Made by a program: the position numbers and the translations under genes. DNA of 63,909 nucleotides, counting the filler, from Octopus bimaculoides (lineage: Eukaryota), in the NCBI RefSeq assembly GCF_001194135.2. It is 6 parts of 6 records of this genome, joined end to end, with 100 filler letters (N's around TTAATTAATTAA, not from the genome) between each part and the next. Parts side by side here need not be neighbours in the genome. Positions count along the whole stretch, not along the records: positions 61,258 to 63,909 come from NC_068997.1; 5 more parts are not named here. One strand, 5' to 3'. This document shows positions 63,234 to 63,909 of this stretch, in pieces (position 1 is the first letter of the stretch; each line of letters starts with the position of its first letter). The notes beneath the pieces are model-generated. The model was not told the DNA's origin. It did no database searches and saw nothing but the letters and a program-made list of their open reading frames with translations.

Positions 63234-63256
63234 GGTTAGGGTTAGGGTTAGGGTTA
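63234..63256 (+). repeat. (TTAGGG)n telomeric-type repeat abutting a ~440-N gap
   Basis: GGTTAGGGTTAGGGTTAGGGTTA. Confidence 0.75.
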
Positions 63257-63857
63257 AAGCAAATTTAAAATGAAAAAAGCAAATAAAACGAAGGTATGGA
63301 CATTAAATACGCTTTACACCGCTTAATCAGCCAAAGGAGTAAATATAAACAACTGAATACTTGTCAGTGATTGGTTGAAATTATCGAAATAAGACAATTT
63401 TTTACATGAAATAAATTCGAATACAAAAATATTTTTCTGTTCTATAACACAAAATAGATAAGTATACGAAGTTTGAAAGTCTTTCCGTACCAAAAACACT
63501 ACGTAAAACATTAATGAAAAATGTGGCCCCCGTTTTAAAATAGATCCTCTCCCTCGAAGGATTTTGAACTCAAAAAAATATAGCGTGTACATGCACACGT
63601 GTGAATGTGATTCTGGTTAAGTCTGTGTAAAGTAAACTCTTTTATTCATTTCCAAAATGTCGCTCTTGGAATTTCTAAAACACAGATATGATTTACAAAA
63701 AAGATACTGTAATAACATATAAGTTTGTCAGAATCTATGTCTCAGACGTCTAAGTAATATTCTTTGATGAAAACATCTACAAGAATTTGTAAATTGCAAA
63801 ACGTCTAGCTAACATTAAGGTTTGTTGTTTATGGCATACTTCATAGCTACGATGTCT

Positions 63858-63909
<52 letters not shown>

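Noticed and set aside
63234-63909. True chromosome end
   Set aside because: Array orientation and flanking ordinary sequence on both sides do not fit a terminus

Overview
Eukaryotic, AT-rich, repeat-dominated DNA, most likely octopus/coleoid cephalopod (inferred from the SINE families and the extreme microsatellite load; not verified). The window is not one contiguous locus. Five identical 100-bp linkers (44 N + TTAATTAATTAA + 44 N) split it into six segments (1-18234, 18335-42616, 42717-53709, 53810-58489, 58590-61157, 61258-63909), so neighbourhood across linkers is unproven. The only confidently identifiable host coding sequence is one minus-strand exon of an MFSD4A-like MFS transporter (60955-61157); a few weaker candidate exons exist. 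The rest is transposon debris: a full-length but dead Tc1, mariner remnants, about eight fragments of R4/Dong-type REL retrotransposons often abutting trinucleotide microsatellites, RTE and Tx1/L1-like fragments, more than 20 tRNA-derived SINE copies showing head/tail module swapping, and several foldback elements. No prokaryotic-type system or CRISPR is present, and I cannot claim a proven new biological system. Best leads: a ~450-bp palindromic element present twice, degenerate hammerhead-ribozyme-like motifs in unclassified (possibly Penelope-like) repeats, SINE/LINE tail sharing, and a CpG-depleted segment suggesting a methylated gene body with unannotated exons. Repeat boundaries were read by eye and are approximate unless TIR, TSD or splice bases are quoted.
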